Below, in pieces: positions 24,463 through 38,455 of a stretch of DNA of 64,000 nt; position 1 is the first letter of the stretch, and every line of letters starts with the position of its first letter. Origin of the DNA: Eledone cirrhosa (taxonomy: Eukaryota); contig OZ024744.1 in assembly GCA_964016885.1 (NCBI GenBank), forward strand, positions 66,278,001-66,342,000, read 5' to 3'. The notes under the pieces are model-generated. The model was not told where the DNA came from and did not search any database. It was given only the letters and a program-made list of their open reading frames with translations. The translations under genes and the position numbers were made by a program.

Positions 24463-26149
24463 CAGTCATTGAGTTGTTTGTACTTTTCAAGAATCTCTTG
24501 CTAATATAGTTTCATGTGGCACATGTGCAGAAAATATTCTATAGATACAGTAAATAAAATAATATGCCAGACCTTTCTTGGTTCTGACAAAGATATTCCA
24601 GTTGAGTCAATCAATGGAGTTGTCTGCTCATAAAATTAATGTGTAAGTGGCTGAGCATTCTACAAACAAATGTGTCCTTAGCATAGCATAGTTCTCAGGG
24701 AGATTTGGAGTAATACAGTGACTGACTAGGCTGGGTCTTTGAATTACAATTCATTTTTGCAAGCTGAGTGAATTGGAGAAATGTGAAATAAAGTATCTTG
24801 CTCAAGTAAACAATGCCCCACTGAGAATCAAACTCATGACATTAAGACCATGAGCTGAACATTTTCACCACAAAGCCATGTGCCCACACAAATTAAATAA
24901 TATTTCTCTGATTAAAACAGATGCAGAGAATACTAAAATAATAAGTTTAACTTTTAACATTCTGTACCACATAAAACCACATTAGCAAAGAGAAGCTCTA
25001 TAAATGAATGACATTCTAAATTAAACTTTTAACTCTAATACTAGACATTTTTACAATGCTCTGTCCACTAATAAAAATACTATGAACATTTGAATTAACA
25101 AACTCATTTGAGACAGATGCAGAGAATATTTATATTCAAATAAGTAAAATAATAATGCTTAAATATATATATATATATCTTTTTAAAGAATCAATAAACT
25201 ATTTCCAAATATCTACTTTAGATGAGATTCCAATTTCTTCAATTGGGATTTTGATTTTTTTTTCCAGAAAATAAGTGCTTTCTCTTTTGTTAAAGAATTC
25301 ATGAGTTTTCTCTAATGTGGTGCCAAACAAATGTTTCTTTTGCAAGAATATTACTTTTCACCTTTTAACTTGATTCTAAACACATATATTAGAAATATCA
25401 TGTGTGTGTGTGTATATATATAGTAAAATGTTATATATTATTTTAAGTAAATAACATGTCATAAATATTTAATATATTATGGTATATATTAATGCAAAGA
25501 ATTTTATCTTAACATTATATTTATATGTGAAGTATATAGTTTGAATAGGATTTTAAAATTTTGTGAGAATTTAGAATCTAGCAATGATATACACACATTT
25601 TAAGTATACTATTGTATAGAATATTATCATAAATTTATATCTACATGTGATGTATATAAATTGAGCAAGATTTTTGAATTTAGTATGTCAAGAATGACCA
25701 AAGAACATTTAATTCCATACAAAGAAACTTTGATGATGAGTAGTGTAATTTTATTTAATTACTCAAAGGACTTACAGCTATATACTTTCTTAGATTTTCT
25801 ATTGCTGTCGTTTATACAATAATTGCTTTAGGAATTGAAAATTCCTTGAATGACATCAGAAAATGTAGTTGCTGAACCAAATCAATATCTGAGTGTATAT
25901 CTTTTATTGTTTCAGCCTACATTAACAGCATGTCCGACATTTGTTCCATAACACTTGGCTCTTATTTATATGCTCCAAGCTAATATCTAAATGAGATACA
26001 TACAATCACAGTATTGTATTTCACTAAATTAAGAAACACATTGAGACAAAGTAGTTGAGGTGACTATAACTGAATTATTGGCAATACTAGAGTTCATTAC
26101 AAATTACACACCATACAAATCAATGCTTACTTATCATATAACAAACTGG

Positions 26150-27230
26150 ACACATACATACATAGGTACATATATACATAGGTACATAAACATACATACA
26201 TCTATACATAGGTACATAAACATACATACATATATACATATATACATAGGTACATAAACATAAATAGATACATACATATGTACATACACATACATACATA
26301 TATACATAGGTACATAAACATAAATAGATACATACATATGTACATAAACATACATACGTACACATATACATAGGTACATAAACATACATAGATACATACA
26401 TATGTACATAAACATACATACGTACACATATATATATACATAGGTACATAAACATACATATATACATATGTACATAAACATACATACATACATATATATA
26501 TATATATACATAGGTACATAAACATACATACATCTATATACATATATACATAAGTACATAAACATACATAGATACATACATATGTACATACACATACATA
26601 CATATATACATATGTACATAAACATACATAGATACATACATATGTACATAAACATACATAGATACATACATATGTACATAAAAATACATACATACATATA
26701 TATATATACATAGGTACATAAACATACATAGATACATACATATGTACATAAACATACATACATCTATATATATACATAGGTACATAAACATACATAGATA
26801 CATACATATGTACATACACATACATATATACATAGGTACATAAACATACATACATCTATATATATATACATAGGTACATAAACATACATAGATACATACA
26901 TATGTACATAAACATAAATTTGCATACACGAAGAAACAAACATTCACACAAAAACACAGACACACATACATACATACTTATATACATACATACATACACA
27001 AAGACATACATACAAACCCATACACAAAGAAACACACATACATTTACACACAAACACAGACACACACATACATATGTACATACATATGTACGTACATACA
27101 TATACACATAAATGCACATACTAAAAAACACAAACACACATATAAAGACACAAACACCAGCAGAGACACACATACATACACACAAAGACACACACATACA
27201 TAACCAAAGACACACACATACATAAACAAA
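26150..27230. repeat. Complex (TACA)/(CA) satellite built from AGGTACATAAAC and ATGTACATAAAC units
   Basis: Direct reading. Confidence 0.9.
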
Positions 27231-27361
27231 GACGTGTCCACTAAACACCTATCTACTTGAACCAAAATGAAATATTGATGTCCAAAAGCCATCTAGTCAT
27301 GTGTATGGCACGCAATTACTTAAACAAAAGAGCCTCAACTTATGAGAAATGACAATAAAAC

Positions 27362-28512
27362 CTCCCTAAAATCACATCTTACTACCCCCCCCCCCCTAAA
27401 ATCATATCCTACTACCACCCAATAAAATCACATCCTACTACCACCCACTAAAATCACATCCTACTACCACCCACTAAAATCACATCCTACTACCTCCCTA
27501 AAATCACATCCTACTACCACTCACTAAAATCACATCCCACTACCTCCCTAAAATCACATCCTACTAGCCCCAGTAAAATTACATCCTACTACCCCCCACT
27601 AAAATCACATCCCACTACCTCCCTAAAATCACATCCTACTAGCCCCAGTAAAATCACATCCTACTACCCCCCCCCCACTGAAATCACATCATACTACCTC
27701 CCTAAAATCACATCCCACTAGACCCACTAAAATCACATCCTACTACCCCCCACTACCTCCCTAAAATCACATCCTACCACCTCCATAAAAATCACATCCT
27801 ACCACTTCCCTAAAATCACACCCGACTACCTCCCTAAAATCACATCCTACTACCTCCCTAAAATCACATCCTACTACCTCCCTAAAATCACACCCTACTA
27901 CCTCCCTAAAATCACATCCTACTACCTCCCACTAAAATCACATCCTACCCCCCACTACCTCCCTAAAATCACATCCTACTGCCTCCCTAAAATCACACCC
28001 TACTACCTCCCTAAAATCACATCCTACTACCTCCCACTAAAATCACATCCTACCCCACACTACCTCCCTAAAATCACACCCTACCACCTCCATAAAATCA
28101 CACCCTACCACTTCCCTAAAATCACATCCTACCACCTCCATAAAATCACATCCTACCACTTCCCTAAAATCACATCCTACTACCTCCCTAAAATCACATC
28201 CTACCACTTCCCTAAAATCACATCCTACTACCTCCCTAAAATCACACCCGACTACCTCCCTAAAATCACATCCTACTACCTCCCTAAAATCACATCCTAC
28301 TACCTCCCTAAAATTACATCCTACTACCTCCCACTAAAATCATATCCTACTACCTCCCTAAAATCATATCCTACTACCCCCACTAAAATCACATCCTACT
28401 ACCCCCCACTAAAATCACATCTTACTACCTCCCCAAAATCACATCCTACTACCCCTCTAAAATCACATCCTACTACCCCCCACTACCTCCATAAAATCAC
28501 ATCCTACTGCCT
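27362..28512. repeat. Minisatellite of about 24 bp, CTCCCTAAAATCACATCCTACTAC, roughly 45 copies
   Basis: Direct reading. Confidence 0.95.
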
Positions 28513-28944
28513 CAACCCTTTTCATACTGACCACTTCAATACTGGCTCAAACTGATTCAAAATGCCACAAAACTGGCTCAAACTGTCACAACCTGGCTCA
28601 AAATACCACAAACTGGCTCAAACTGCCTCAAGCTGGTGCAAACTGCCACAAACTGGCTCAAAATGCATTAAGCTAGCTCAAACTGTAGTGCACCTGGGCA
28701 CTGTACACAATAATTTTCACTTTATATTATGATGGTAGTGGTTGCTTTCATCAAGCAACCACTACCATCATAACCAAGTTATTCCAGTTGTGACTATTTT
28801 GTCTTTTATTCAGATATCTAGGACTACAATTGCCAAACTGGCTCAAAATGTCTCAAACTGTTTCAAAATGCAACAAACTGGCTCAAACTGATTCAAAATA
28901 CCTCAAACTGGCTCAAAATGCTTCAAAATGCCTGAAACCAACCC

Positions 28945-29445
28945 TGGTTTTACGTTTATTTTTCCATACTTGCATGAGTTAGATGGGTTTTTTCAGCACA
29001 CCAATCTTTCCACACATCATGATCCTTTGTCCCTGCCACTGTGAATTTCAGTGATATGAGATCAGCTCTCACCGCCTCTGCCCAGGTTTTTTTTAGCCTT
29101 CCTCTACTGTGGCTTCCTTCCACTAGTGCAGGATTTAGGACAAATGAGGCTCTGTGCTAGTTAAGTGATGAGGGACCCTTACTTGGGCCCTGAAGGAGGT
29201 AATTCATCATAAAAAATTTTTGTCAGGAAGATGCCCTGGGCCCTGTGCTTAAGCACACCTAAGTACAATGGTAAATCTAGTACAGCCTTCTACTGAGATT
29301 TCTTGACACTTCTTCAACCCAGTGATCACCATCCATGCACATCACTTGTCCATATCAATGCAGGCTTCTCTCTTGATTCCTCTTATACTTAGTTTTTTCT
29401 CTCAGTTCATCCAACCTCTGATTTTCTCTTACATTAACATTGCAT
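28945..29445 (-). mobile_element. Decayed RTE 3' fragment interrupted by a MITE
   Basis: Similar to the 3' end of RTE-A (WVEEVS/KTWAEAVR region) on both sides of 29124-29285. Confidence 0.65.
29124..29285. mobile_element. hAT-type MITE
   Basis: Degenerate TIRs TAGTGCAGGATTTA / TAAATCTAGTACAG and an 8-bp TSD CCTTCCAC (29116-29123) / CCTTCTAC (29286-29293). Confidence 0.65.
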
Positions 29446-30239
29446 CATGATGATGATCATGATGAATCAAGAATTCACAAAGTAGAATTACATTGAATAT
29501 TCAAGTGTCTTTTGACGTTAAGAAAACAGAAAAGGAAAGGAAAAACAAGGGCGCTAGTGTCCTTTTTATGGTCTTGTGGTTAAGATATTGGACTTACAAT
29601 CATAATATTATGGGGTTCTATTTTGGGGGCCAGGTGGTGTGTTGTGTTCTTGAGCAAAAAGACTTCATTTCACGTAACTCTAAATACATTCAGTTGAAAA
29701 TGAGTCACTGCAGTAGCTGGAAGTTAACTCAGTGATGGATTGACATCCTGTTCAGGAGGAAGTCTTGTAACTCTTAGTTAATGCCAATGAAAAATATAAC
29801 CATGAGAAAAGCACCAGTGAGATGAGCCTAATGACTAAGAACAGACTTTAATATTTAAAAAAAAAATACTTTGTTTGGTGTGGTCAATCATCAATCAATC
29901 ATGACAGGCTAAGCCAACATCAACTGCAATACTTAATCCTTTCCTTACCATATTTCTAATGACATACAATACCTATGATTTTCAAATAATTATGAAAATA
30001 ATGAAGAATTCACAAAATAGAGTTACATTAAATATTCAAGTGTCTTTTGTGGTTATGAAAACGAAAAAAGAAGGGAAAAGCAAGGGCTCTAGTTTCACAG
30101 AAGAATGGGGAGGTGATGGTGGAGCATAATGGGCTCCGGGCCCAGGACGCAGTGGTATTGAGGTTGAGCTCTGCTTTCAATGAATTTAGTAACATAGGGT
30201 GTTCCAAACAAATTGACATAATTTTGTAGTTTAATAACT

Positions 30240-30427
30240 GTTTCCATTTTTGGCACAAGGCCAGAAATTACCCTAGTGCATTACTGGTACTTTAATTTAT
30301 TGATCCGGAAGGATGAATGGCAAAGTTAACCTTGGTGGGATTTGAACTCAGACTACAAAGGATCGTAACTCTATGCTGCAAAGCATGGCGTCCGACCCTC
30401 TACCGACACTGCCAATTCACCGCCCTT
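30240..30427 (-). mobile_element. Nin/Deu-like tRNA-SINE
   Basis: A-box, B-box and core present on the minus strand. Confidence 0.85.
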
Positions 30428-30837
30428 TCGTAGTCTAGCTTGGCCAATTCAGATAATCACGTCTCAAATAATGCCAATTTTTTTTTGGGGGGGGGGGGGG
30501 TGCGGGGGGGGGGGGGTGCGGGGGGGGGGGGGACAACCTGTATAACTACATTTCTCATGATTAAATTAATATTTTGAACATAACTTATCAAAAGTTCTTT
30601 CGTAAAATTATGTTGGAAGGATTTTCTTTTTTTACATTAAATATAAAATAAAAAAATAAATATAAAATAAAATGTTTTTTATAATAAATATAAAATAAAA
30701 TGTTTTTTATTGTAGAACCATGAGTAGTTTCAGTGGTTTGGTATCAAAGAGATTAACCAAAAGATAAACAGTTGTTATTGCAACACACATACACACACAC
30801 ACACACACATTTCATTGTGAAATAGTGAGATGCTTAC

Positions 30838-31302
30838 CTTTGCAATTCTACCATCTGAGCCCATCAACTGCATTAGCTGACGTTTAAAATCCAACAACGT
30901 GTAGGTACAATTTTCACAACGTACAGCACTGGTGTCAGGTGCAGCTGCTGTGGGACATTTTGCAGATTCAAAATGTTTCTTAGAACGCATCTCAGATGGT
31001 GTAACCATTTTGGAATGGTAGTAGCCACCCGAGAGTGAGTACTCCTGGCAGTGTACGTTGTTACCATGGGTTTGTGTGGGTACATTTGAACTGCTCACGT
31101 TACATATAGAATATAAATTCTCCCCCTGAGAGGAGTGGGCCGACACACCAGTATGGTGTGGGTGTGGCTCATGGTATATCCTTTCATCCATAGCATAGAC
31201 ATCTTGACTTAACAGGGGTGCTGCTAACCGATCTTCAGCAATCTCTTGGTAGATATTCTCCGTGTCATACCCACAGCCGTTGAAATTATCCTGTTCATCA
31301 TA
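30838..31302 (-). CDS. KIF26: Internal coding exon (465 nt, phase 0-0) of a probable KIF26-family (kinesin-11) gene, N-terminal region
   Basis: Acceptor atttatttttcag|TAT and donor AAG|gtaagc. Open for 155 codons: YDEQDNFNGCGYDTENIYQEI...AVRCENCTYTLLDFKRQLMQLMGSDGRIAK. CENC-x4-L-x2-KRQ resembles, from memory, the KIF26A/B N-terminal motif CENCNARLVELKRQ. Exon status is more certain than the gene identity. Confidence 0.65.
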
Positions 31303-31565
31303 CTGAAAAATAAATATTGAACAGTTTTATTATAGGAAGATAATAAATATAGTGATTGTTCTTTTTGTTAGTTGTTGCTTTTTGTTGTTTAGTCAAGGAA
31401 GAGAAGTCAGAGCCCATTACTTTTTTCATAGCCTTTGAGACTGATAGGAGGGAAAGAGGAAGCTATCCTCAAACCGGAGACCTGGTCTAAATGCCTGTCA
31501 CAGCATGGACTAGGTTAAAAGCCCACAAAATCCAGATGATGATCTCAAACCAGGTGACACATTAA

Positions 31566-31786
31566 CCCTTTAGCTTTTAAACCAGCTATATCTAGCCAGA
31601 ATTCTCTCACCTCTTTCTGTTTAAACCAACTGTAACTGGCCACTCATACTGATGTTAAGATATTGTTTTCAAAATAAATAATATCAAAATCTCATAGATT
31701 CGACATTACGTGATATAATTATGTGAGATAAAGCCATTACCATGAAAATATAATAGTAAATATAGAGTAATGTAAATACTAAAGAG
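31566..31786. mobile_element. piggyBac-type MITE, copy 2
   Basis: TTAA|CCCTTTAGC...TAAATACTAAAGAG|TTAA. Confidence 0.75.
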
Positions 31787-32524
31787 TTAAGTAAACTACT
31801 CAAGTAAACCACTGCGGGATTTGAACCGCAGAAAGAGATGTAACAAGTAACATTATTCAAAGCTCTAACAATTCTTGGATATTTTATATAATCGATCCTG
31901 AAAGGATAAAAGACCATTTTGACCATGGCAGAATTTGAACTCAAGAGCATAGAGAGACGGAATAAATGCCACAAGTCATTTATTTTGTCTTACACTCTAA
32001 CAACTATACCAATTTTCCGACCTTGATTAGTATCAAAAGTTTTATTTCCTCTGGAAAAATGGTAAAACGTAGCATTTTGTTTATATAGTTCCTATTTACT
32101 TTGTCCTTTTTTCCTCTTGGGTTCCCCATGATTCATTAATAATACAAAAAGTCAGTGTTCCTTGAAAAAAAATGGAGTGCATTTACTATTATTATTATTA
32201 TTATTGTTACTATTATTATTATTATTATTATTACTATTATTAGTGTTATTTTTATTACTATTATTGTTACTATTATTTTTTGGGGTTTTTGAATCTCCTC
32301 CCAAAAATATAACACAAACATTATTGAAAGTAGTGGGAAAAAAATATAACCATAATCCTTTACAGAATATCTCAGCACAATTTTAGATGAATCATTCAGC
32401 TTCAGAGAAGAAAAAAAAAAAGAAAAAACACACACAAAACAACAAAACAAACAATAAATAAAATAGTACATAAATAAATTTGAGATAGACATTTTTCTAC
32501 ACACACTGAAATTGCATTGGTATG

Positions 32525-32615
32525 AAGAAAAAGAAAAAGAAAAAGAAAAAGAAAAAGAAAAAGAAAAAGAAAAAGAAAAAGAAAAAGAAAAAGAAAAAGA
32601 AAAAGAAAAAAAAAG
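32525..32615. repeat. (AAAAAG)n
   Basis: Direct reading. Confidence 0.95.
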
Positions 32616-33113
32616 AAAAACGAAAAAGAGAAAGTAAAACTCCCCAAAAAGATGTACAGTTCATTGATCCAATGTCCTTCTTTGATAACTGTAGCATAGC
32701 ATGATTCCCTGGAATAAATGGAGATAGCAAGAAAAATATCGAAATCTTCTATTAAATAGATAGATAAATAAATAAATAGGTAAGATTCATTTCGAAAAAG
32801 GACCAAAAGAAAGTATATATTATCAGAGCTAAATCTACTTAATGTACAATATAGATATATAGAAACTAACAATTACAGTTACAAATGGGATTTCACTCTT
32901 AACGTCCTGTACCACATGAAATCGCATTGGCATAAGACATTCTTGAAATGTACAAAACTGTATCACATTAAAAATTGAAGTTCTTACTCTAATAAGGCCA
33001 ATTTTCACAATAATCTGTCCACTAGTAAGTATATTACAACTTTTCAAATTAACAAACCTACTTGTAAATATTTTTCTACTATATCATTATTTATTATTAT
33101 TATTTATAATATA

Positions 33114-33330
33114 AGGGCTGTGGATTGACAGTATGGGTAAAGCATCGGACACGATGCTTCACAGTATAGAATTATGTCCCCTTGCGCTCTGAGTTCAAAT
33201 CCCGCCATGGTTAGCTTTGCCTTTTATTCTTATGAGGTCAATAAAATAAAGCACCAGTTACGCACTGGGTCGATTTAATCGACTTTCCCCTCCCCCAAAA
33301 TTGTTGGCCTTGTGCCTAAATCAGAAACCA
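33114..33330 (+). mobile_element. Nin/Deu-like tRNA-SINE
   Basis: B-box GAGTTCAAATCCC and the shared core. Confidence 0.8.
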
Positions 33331-34609
33331 TTCTTCTTCTTCTTCGTAGTAGTATGACATAACTGAAGGGCTGGTTTTGGGATTCACTTACATCATACTG
33401 CTGACAATAACATTTGATAATCTACCTCAATGGAGTTCATTTAACTATAGTTAAATACTAGCAGCAACAGGCCAGGGCAAGCCCAAGCCACCACCACGCC
33501 TCACCCATATCCCTTTTTCCAGGAAGCAGCCTTGCTGTAGCTCATAAAATTTAAACTCAATGTAATCCCAATTTTCCTATTTTCTTTCACAGAAGAAGTA
33601 TTTCCATGGTGGACCTCACTAACTTGTGGTTGTAGTGTATTTGTCACACACACCAGTTTGTTAAACAGGAATCAGTGGGTTAAGTACCATAAATAATATC
33701 TTCCTTAGGTTTGCACTTTGTTTTCCTGTCTCATTTATTTGGGGGTACTGTCTATTAAGTTATTCCACATTCCTGCATTCTATTATTTTCCACAATAAAT
33801 CAGTCATTTTTCAATTGACCAGCTAGTATGGTACATTAACTTTGTTGCAACCCATCATTTAACTCCGATTAATGCCATTGGTAAGTCCATTCCTATTACT
33901 GTTATCATTGTGAATATTACTTCACTGGCCTTTTACTAGCTTATTCTTGTATCATTTATTTGCATTTTGCTGCCTTGTGTACTTTCTTCTAATTTTATTA
34001 TAGTTAATAGCTGGCAGTCAAACAATATCTTGTTCTATTGTCGACATCTTAACACGGAGGATTCCTTAATTCTTTTGTTCACAGGTAGTAAACAAATATG
34101 GTGACCATCTTTTTTTTTTTTACTACCAGTTAAGCTTGATCTACTTTATTTTACTAATTTATTTTGTCCCCTTCCTTATATTTAAATTGTCCCTTATATT
34201 TTACTTTAACAGGCATAAGAGATTGGGGTGACAGGGGAGCTGCAACCGCCATTCAACACCCCACCTCACCTCTCCCCTGTTTTATGCCAGGCTTGAGTTT
34301 TTGAATAAAATAACAAAAGATTGCTGTAACCAATGTTTTCAGATAGAGGTGGATAGCTTTCCAATATTCAATACACAGTTCAAATTTTACCCATGACTGC
34401 TGCCATGTCATATTCTTTTGAGAGTTAATTTAGTGCCTTCAGAAAATTGAAGAGTTACCTAAACAACACTTAAGGGATGCGATCTTCTAAATCTTTTTAC
34501 TCTGACATTGTTCTGCAAAGCTGTACTCTAATATTTAATTGGCTTTAGAAAGAATAAAAGATCTCTTTTGTTCTGAGAGCCAGTTTGAACTTCCTCTCTG
34601 ATAAGATAT

Positions 34610-35430
34610 TATCATCATCATATTCATCATTTTTATGTTTGTTTTCCACTCTTGTATGGGTTGGATGGGCCCTTCTTAGCACAGCATCTCTCCACATGCC
34701 ATGTTCCTTTGTCATCATCTCTGTAAGTCTCAGCGATTTGAGGTCAGTTCTCACCACCTCTACCCAAGTCTTCCTTGGTCTACCTTTACTGCGGCTTCCC
34801 TCCACTGGCATTTCCTGGCAATTCTTCACCCAGTGATCATCATTCATGTGCATCACATGTGCATACCAACGCAATCTTCTCTCTTGTACACCACTTCTGA
34901 TTCCTCTTAAACCCAGTTTCTCCCTCAGTTCATCCAAGGTCTGCCTTTCTTTCATGTTTACATTACATGGCTGCTTCATTTCTCTCCAGTCTATGCATGT
35001 CTTCTGCAGTCACTGCCCATGTTTCACCATCGTGCAGCATTACCCTTTGCACACAAGCATCATACAGTCATCCTTTTGTATGTAAAGAAAAACATTTAGT
35101 TGTCAACTTCTTCCATCCTATCCTTTTTCTAGCTATTATGCTTTCAGAGAACTCTCATTATCATCATCCTTATCATCGTTTAATGCCCATTTTCCACGCT
35201 AACATGGGTTAGACAGGTTGTCCCATTAGAAGCAAGTCAGGTCAGGTGACCCTTTCTTACTCATATAGGACTGTTTCTGGCTAGGTTTTCTATGGTTGGA
35301 TGCTCTTCCTAATGCCAACCACATTTACAGTGTGTGCTGGATGCTTTTTGTCATGACACCTACACAATCACTTTACAGTATATGTTGGGTGCTTTTTGCC
35401 GTGACACCTACTCAACCACTTTATAGTTTC
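34610..35430 (-). mobile_element. RTE 3' fragment (34610-35150) plus an adjacent RTE 3' UTR fragment (35150-35430)
   Basis: ERRLRWYAHV..GRPRKTW ORF with a (TGA)n-like tail. Confidence 0.85.
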
Positions 35431-36249
35431 CACTGCTAATTAAACCAGCTAGATAGCAGAAGCTATCAACCACTGATAACACATATTGGCATGCCATGTT
35501 TACAATAGTTTGGTTATGGAACCAACATTTATAGTTTTAGCTCAATTACATTAACTAATTAGCTTAATCCACATGTTCTATAATATTTTGGTATTTTGGG
35601 CAATTTAAAAATTCTTCAGGTAAAAAAGTCAGTGTCTGACTCTGGACCCAATACACTCCAAACCCATTCCATTTTACTCAACTTACACTCTAAGCCCACT
35701 TCACTCCCACTTTGACTCCACTTCATTCCCATTTCAAACCCACTACACTCTCACTCCAAAACACACCCACTCCACTCACACTCCAAAACCTACTCCTCTT
35801 CACTCCCACTCAACTCCCATTCTAAACTATTCCCCTCTAAACCCATCCCCATCCACTTTCACTCCAAACCCACTACACTCTCACTCCAAATCATTCCACT
35901 CTAAGCCCACTCCAAACACACTCCCACTCCAAACACACTTCATTCCCACTCCACTTTCATTCCACCCCAAAGCCACTCTACTCCAACTTCAACTCCAGCC
36001 CCATTCCATTCCCCCTACTCACCCCTCCTCTCCTGAAACATTTAACATATACACCTACATGTTTGACTTTTATTTAATGCTCTTTTGTATGTAGTCTTGT
36101 CTAGTTAGATTTTATGCTGAATATACAGTGGCCACCCTACAGAAGGTGCCTGATGTCCAATCCTTTAGTTGTTGCTATCCTTTGATAGGCACTCACAATC
36201 ATCAAAATAGACCCTCTTTTTTTTTTAGGCTGAATTAAACTTAATTTAT

Positions 36250-36780
36250 TCATTACTATATTTCAAACATTTCTGAGAATAATTAAGAATTTTCAAGGGA
36301 TTTAGCAAAATGATTAACTTTCTCATTATTAACGCTTTCATTACACTGTCTATGGTTTTCAAATAATTTTGAAAATAATCAAGAATTTTGAGGGATTTAA
36401 TAATATTCTATTTCACATTACCCTTTCATTACCATATTTCTAACGAAAGATACTGCCTATGATTTTCAAATAATGTTGAAAATAATTAAGAATTTTGAGG
36501 GATCTAGTAATATAGCTCTATTTCACATTACTAACCCTTCCATTACCATATTTCTAATGAATGACACTGCCTATGATTTTCAAATAATTTTTTAAATAAT
36601 AAAGTATTTGGAGGGGTTTAGTAAAATGACTAACTTTCTCATTATTAGCCCTTCCCTTTACCATATTTCTAATGAAAGGCACTGCCTGTGGTTTCTATAT
36701 AATTTTGAAAATAATAAAAAATTTGGAAGGTTTTAGTAACATAACTAACTTTCTCATTATTAATTTGGTTTTTAGATAAA
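36250..36780. repeat. AT-rich tandem repeat of about 115-120 bp, around 5 diverged units
   Basis: CACTGCCTATGATTTTCAAATAAT..GAAAATAAT..AGAATTTTGAGGGATTTAG recurs; a related copy lies at about 29935-30050. Confidence 0.75.
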
Positions 36781-36864
36781 TATAAACATAATAAAATGGC
36801 TAAGTGCTTTTGAAATACAAAAATAAGATTACTTCATTGTAAAAATATTTGTTTCTGCGGTAAT

Positions 36865-37470
36865 AATTGTTTCTACTTTTGGCACAAGGTTAGTAATGAC
36901 CGCAGTGCATTACTGGTACTTTACTTTATCGACCCCGTAAAGATGAAAGGCAAAGTTAACCTCGGTGGGATTTTCACTCAGAACGTAAAGGGCCATAACT
37001 CTATGCTGCAAAGCAGGGTGCCTGATGCTCTACCGGTAATGCCAGGTGATGTGATAATGACAAAAGAACAGCAATTTGTCAGGGAAGGGGAAGGCGATTA
37101 TATAGATCTCAGTACATGATTGGTAGTTTACTTTAACAGCATCAGAAAGATGAAAGGCAAAGTCAACTTCAGCAAGATTTGAACTCAGAACATAAGGAAG
37201 GAGCGTATATACTGCTCAGCATTTGTCTGGCACTCCACACATTCTGCCAATTCACCATTCTATAATGGTTTTTGATTTAGACACGAGGCCAATAATATTT
37301 GGGGAGAGGGTAAAGTCGATTAAATTGATTCCAGTACATTACTGGTACTTTATTTTATCGACCCCGTAAGGATGAAAGGCAAAGTTAAACGCAGCGGGAT
37401 TTGAACTCAGAACGTAAAGACCCATAGCTCTATGCCATTAAGCATGTTGTTCTATGTTCTACTGGTTCTC
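36865..37470 (-). mobile_element. Three Nin/Deu-like SINE copies
   Basis: Repeated reverse-complement core and B-box. Confidence 0.8.
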
Positions 37471-37819
37471 ATTCTATAATGTGATGTGACAGTAATACTT
37501 GCTTACTTTTAGTAGTGATAGAAAAACTTTTAGAATGATTTAATAATACATATGTGTGTGAATGTTAATAAGTGTATTGTGTATTTTGTATCGATAGAAG
37601 TCACCAGTGAAGCAGTTAAAGGCAATGTTGTGGTAAATAGCATCATAAGACTTCATAATGTTTTTACATATAATTTATTAACAAATCGATTACAAAGGTT
37701 TAGCTGGCATGCCAAAACAAATGAATAAACAAATTAAGAGTTTAAGAAGGTAGCCGGACCCGTAGCAATGTTTTGTCATTACATATTGTTTATGCTTGGG
37801 AACGAATTGAAGAGGTGTT

Positions 37820-37975
37820 TACCTGAACGGTGTCAGGCTGTAAGAGAGAGAGTTTATCAAAAAGAAGCGGGAATTTCTCCCTCTGGGCGGAAGTTGAGAT
37901 ACATTTCTCTACGCTGCTAGCGATTGGCTGAACTCAGCCTAACAACGCATGGAAAGGGTATCAATGCGCCAGAGG
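37820..37975 (-). promoter_or_regulatory. Unique CpG-containing island with CCAAT box and GC/ETS site: candidate promoter or microexon region
   Basis: CAGCCAATC on the minus strand (37922-37930), GGGCGGAAGT (37885-37894) and a minus-strand donor CAG|GTAAAC at 37823/37822. Confidence 0.35.
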
Positions 37976-38117
37976 AAAGTAGCTTGCTACAAACTGTTAG
38001 GTTTCTTAACATGTTAAGCTACTCTGTTAGCAGACATTTTGCCATTTTTTTAAACAAAGACATTTACAAACCATCTGCTAAGTCTTTTCGCATATCATTA
38101 TATGTAATGCACATATA

Positions 38118-38425
38118 AGGGCGGTGGATTGGCAGTATCGGTAGAGGGTCGGACGCCATGCTTTGACGCATAGAGTTACGGCCCATGCCATTCTGAGTTC
38201 AAATCCCGCTGAGGTTAACTTTGCCTTTCATCCTTACGGGGTCGATAAAATAAAATACCAGTAATACACTGAGTAATTGTTGGCCTTGTGCCAAAAAGTA
38301 GAAACAATTATATGTAATGCACATATCAAATCCTGCCGAGGTTAACTTTGCCTTTCATCCTTATGGGGTCGATAAAATAAAGTACCAGTAATGTATTGGT
38401 ACTTGTGCCAAATGTAGAAACAATT
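38118..38425 (+). mobile_element. Full-length Nin/Deu-like tRNA-SINE plus a partial duplicate
   Basis: GGGCGGTGGATTGGCAGTATCGG (A-box), GAGTTCAAATCCC (B-box), core and tail. Confidence 0.88.
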
Positions 38426-38455
38426 ATATGTAATGAACGTATAATAATTCATTAA

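Noticed and set aside
27362-28512. Interstitial telomere (CCCTAA in many units)
   Set aside because: A single hexamer inside a 24-bp unit, never in tandem.
30487-30532. Functional G-quadruplex near the exon
   Set aside because: Homopolymer G-runs with a duplicated TGC are error-prone in assembly, and the host-sense strand is C-rich.
38118-38215. tRNA gene (A and B boxes)
   Set aside because: No cloverleaf; it is the head of a multicopy SINE, as is 54203-54275.
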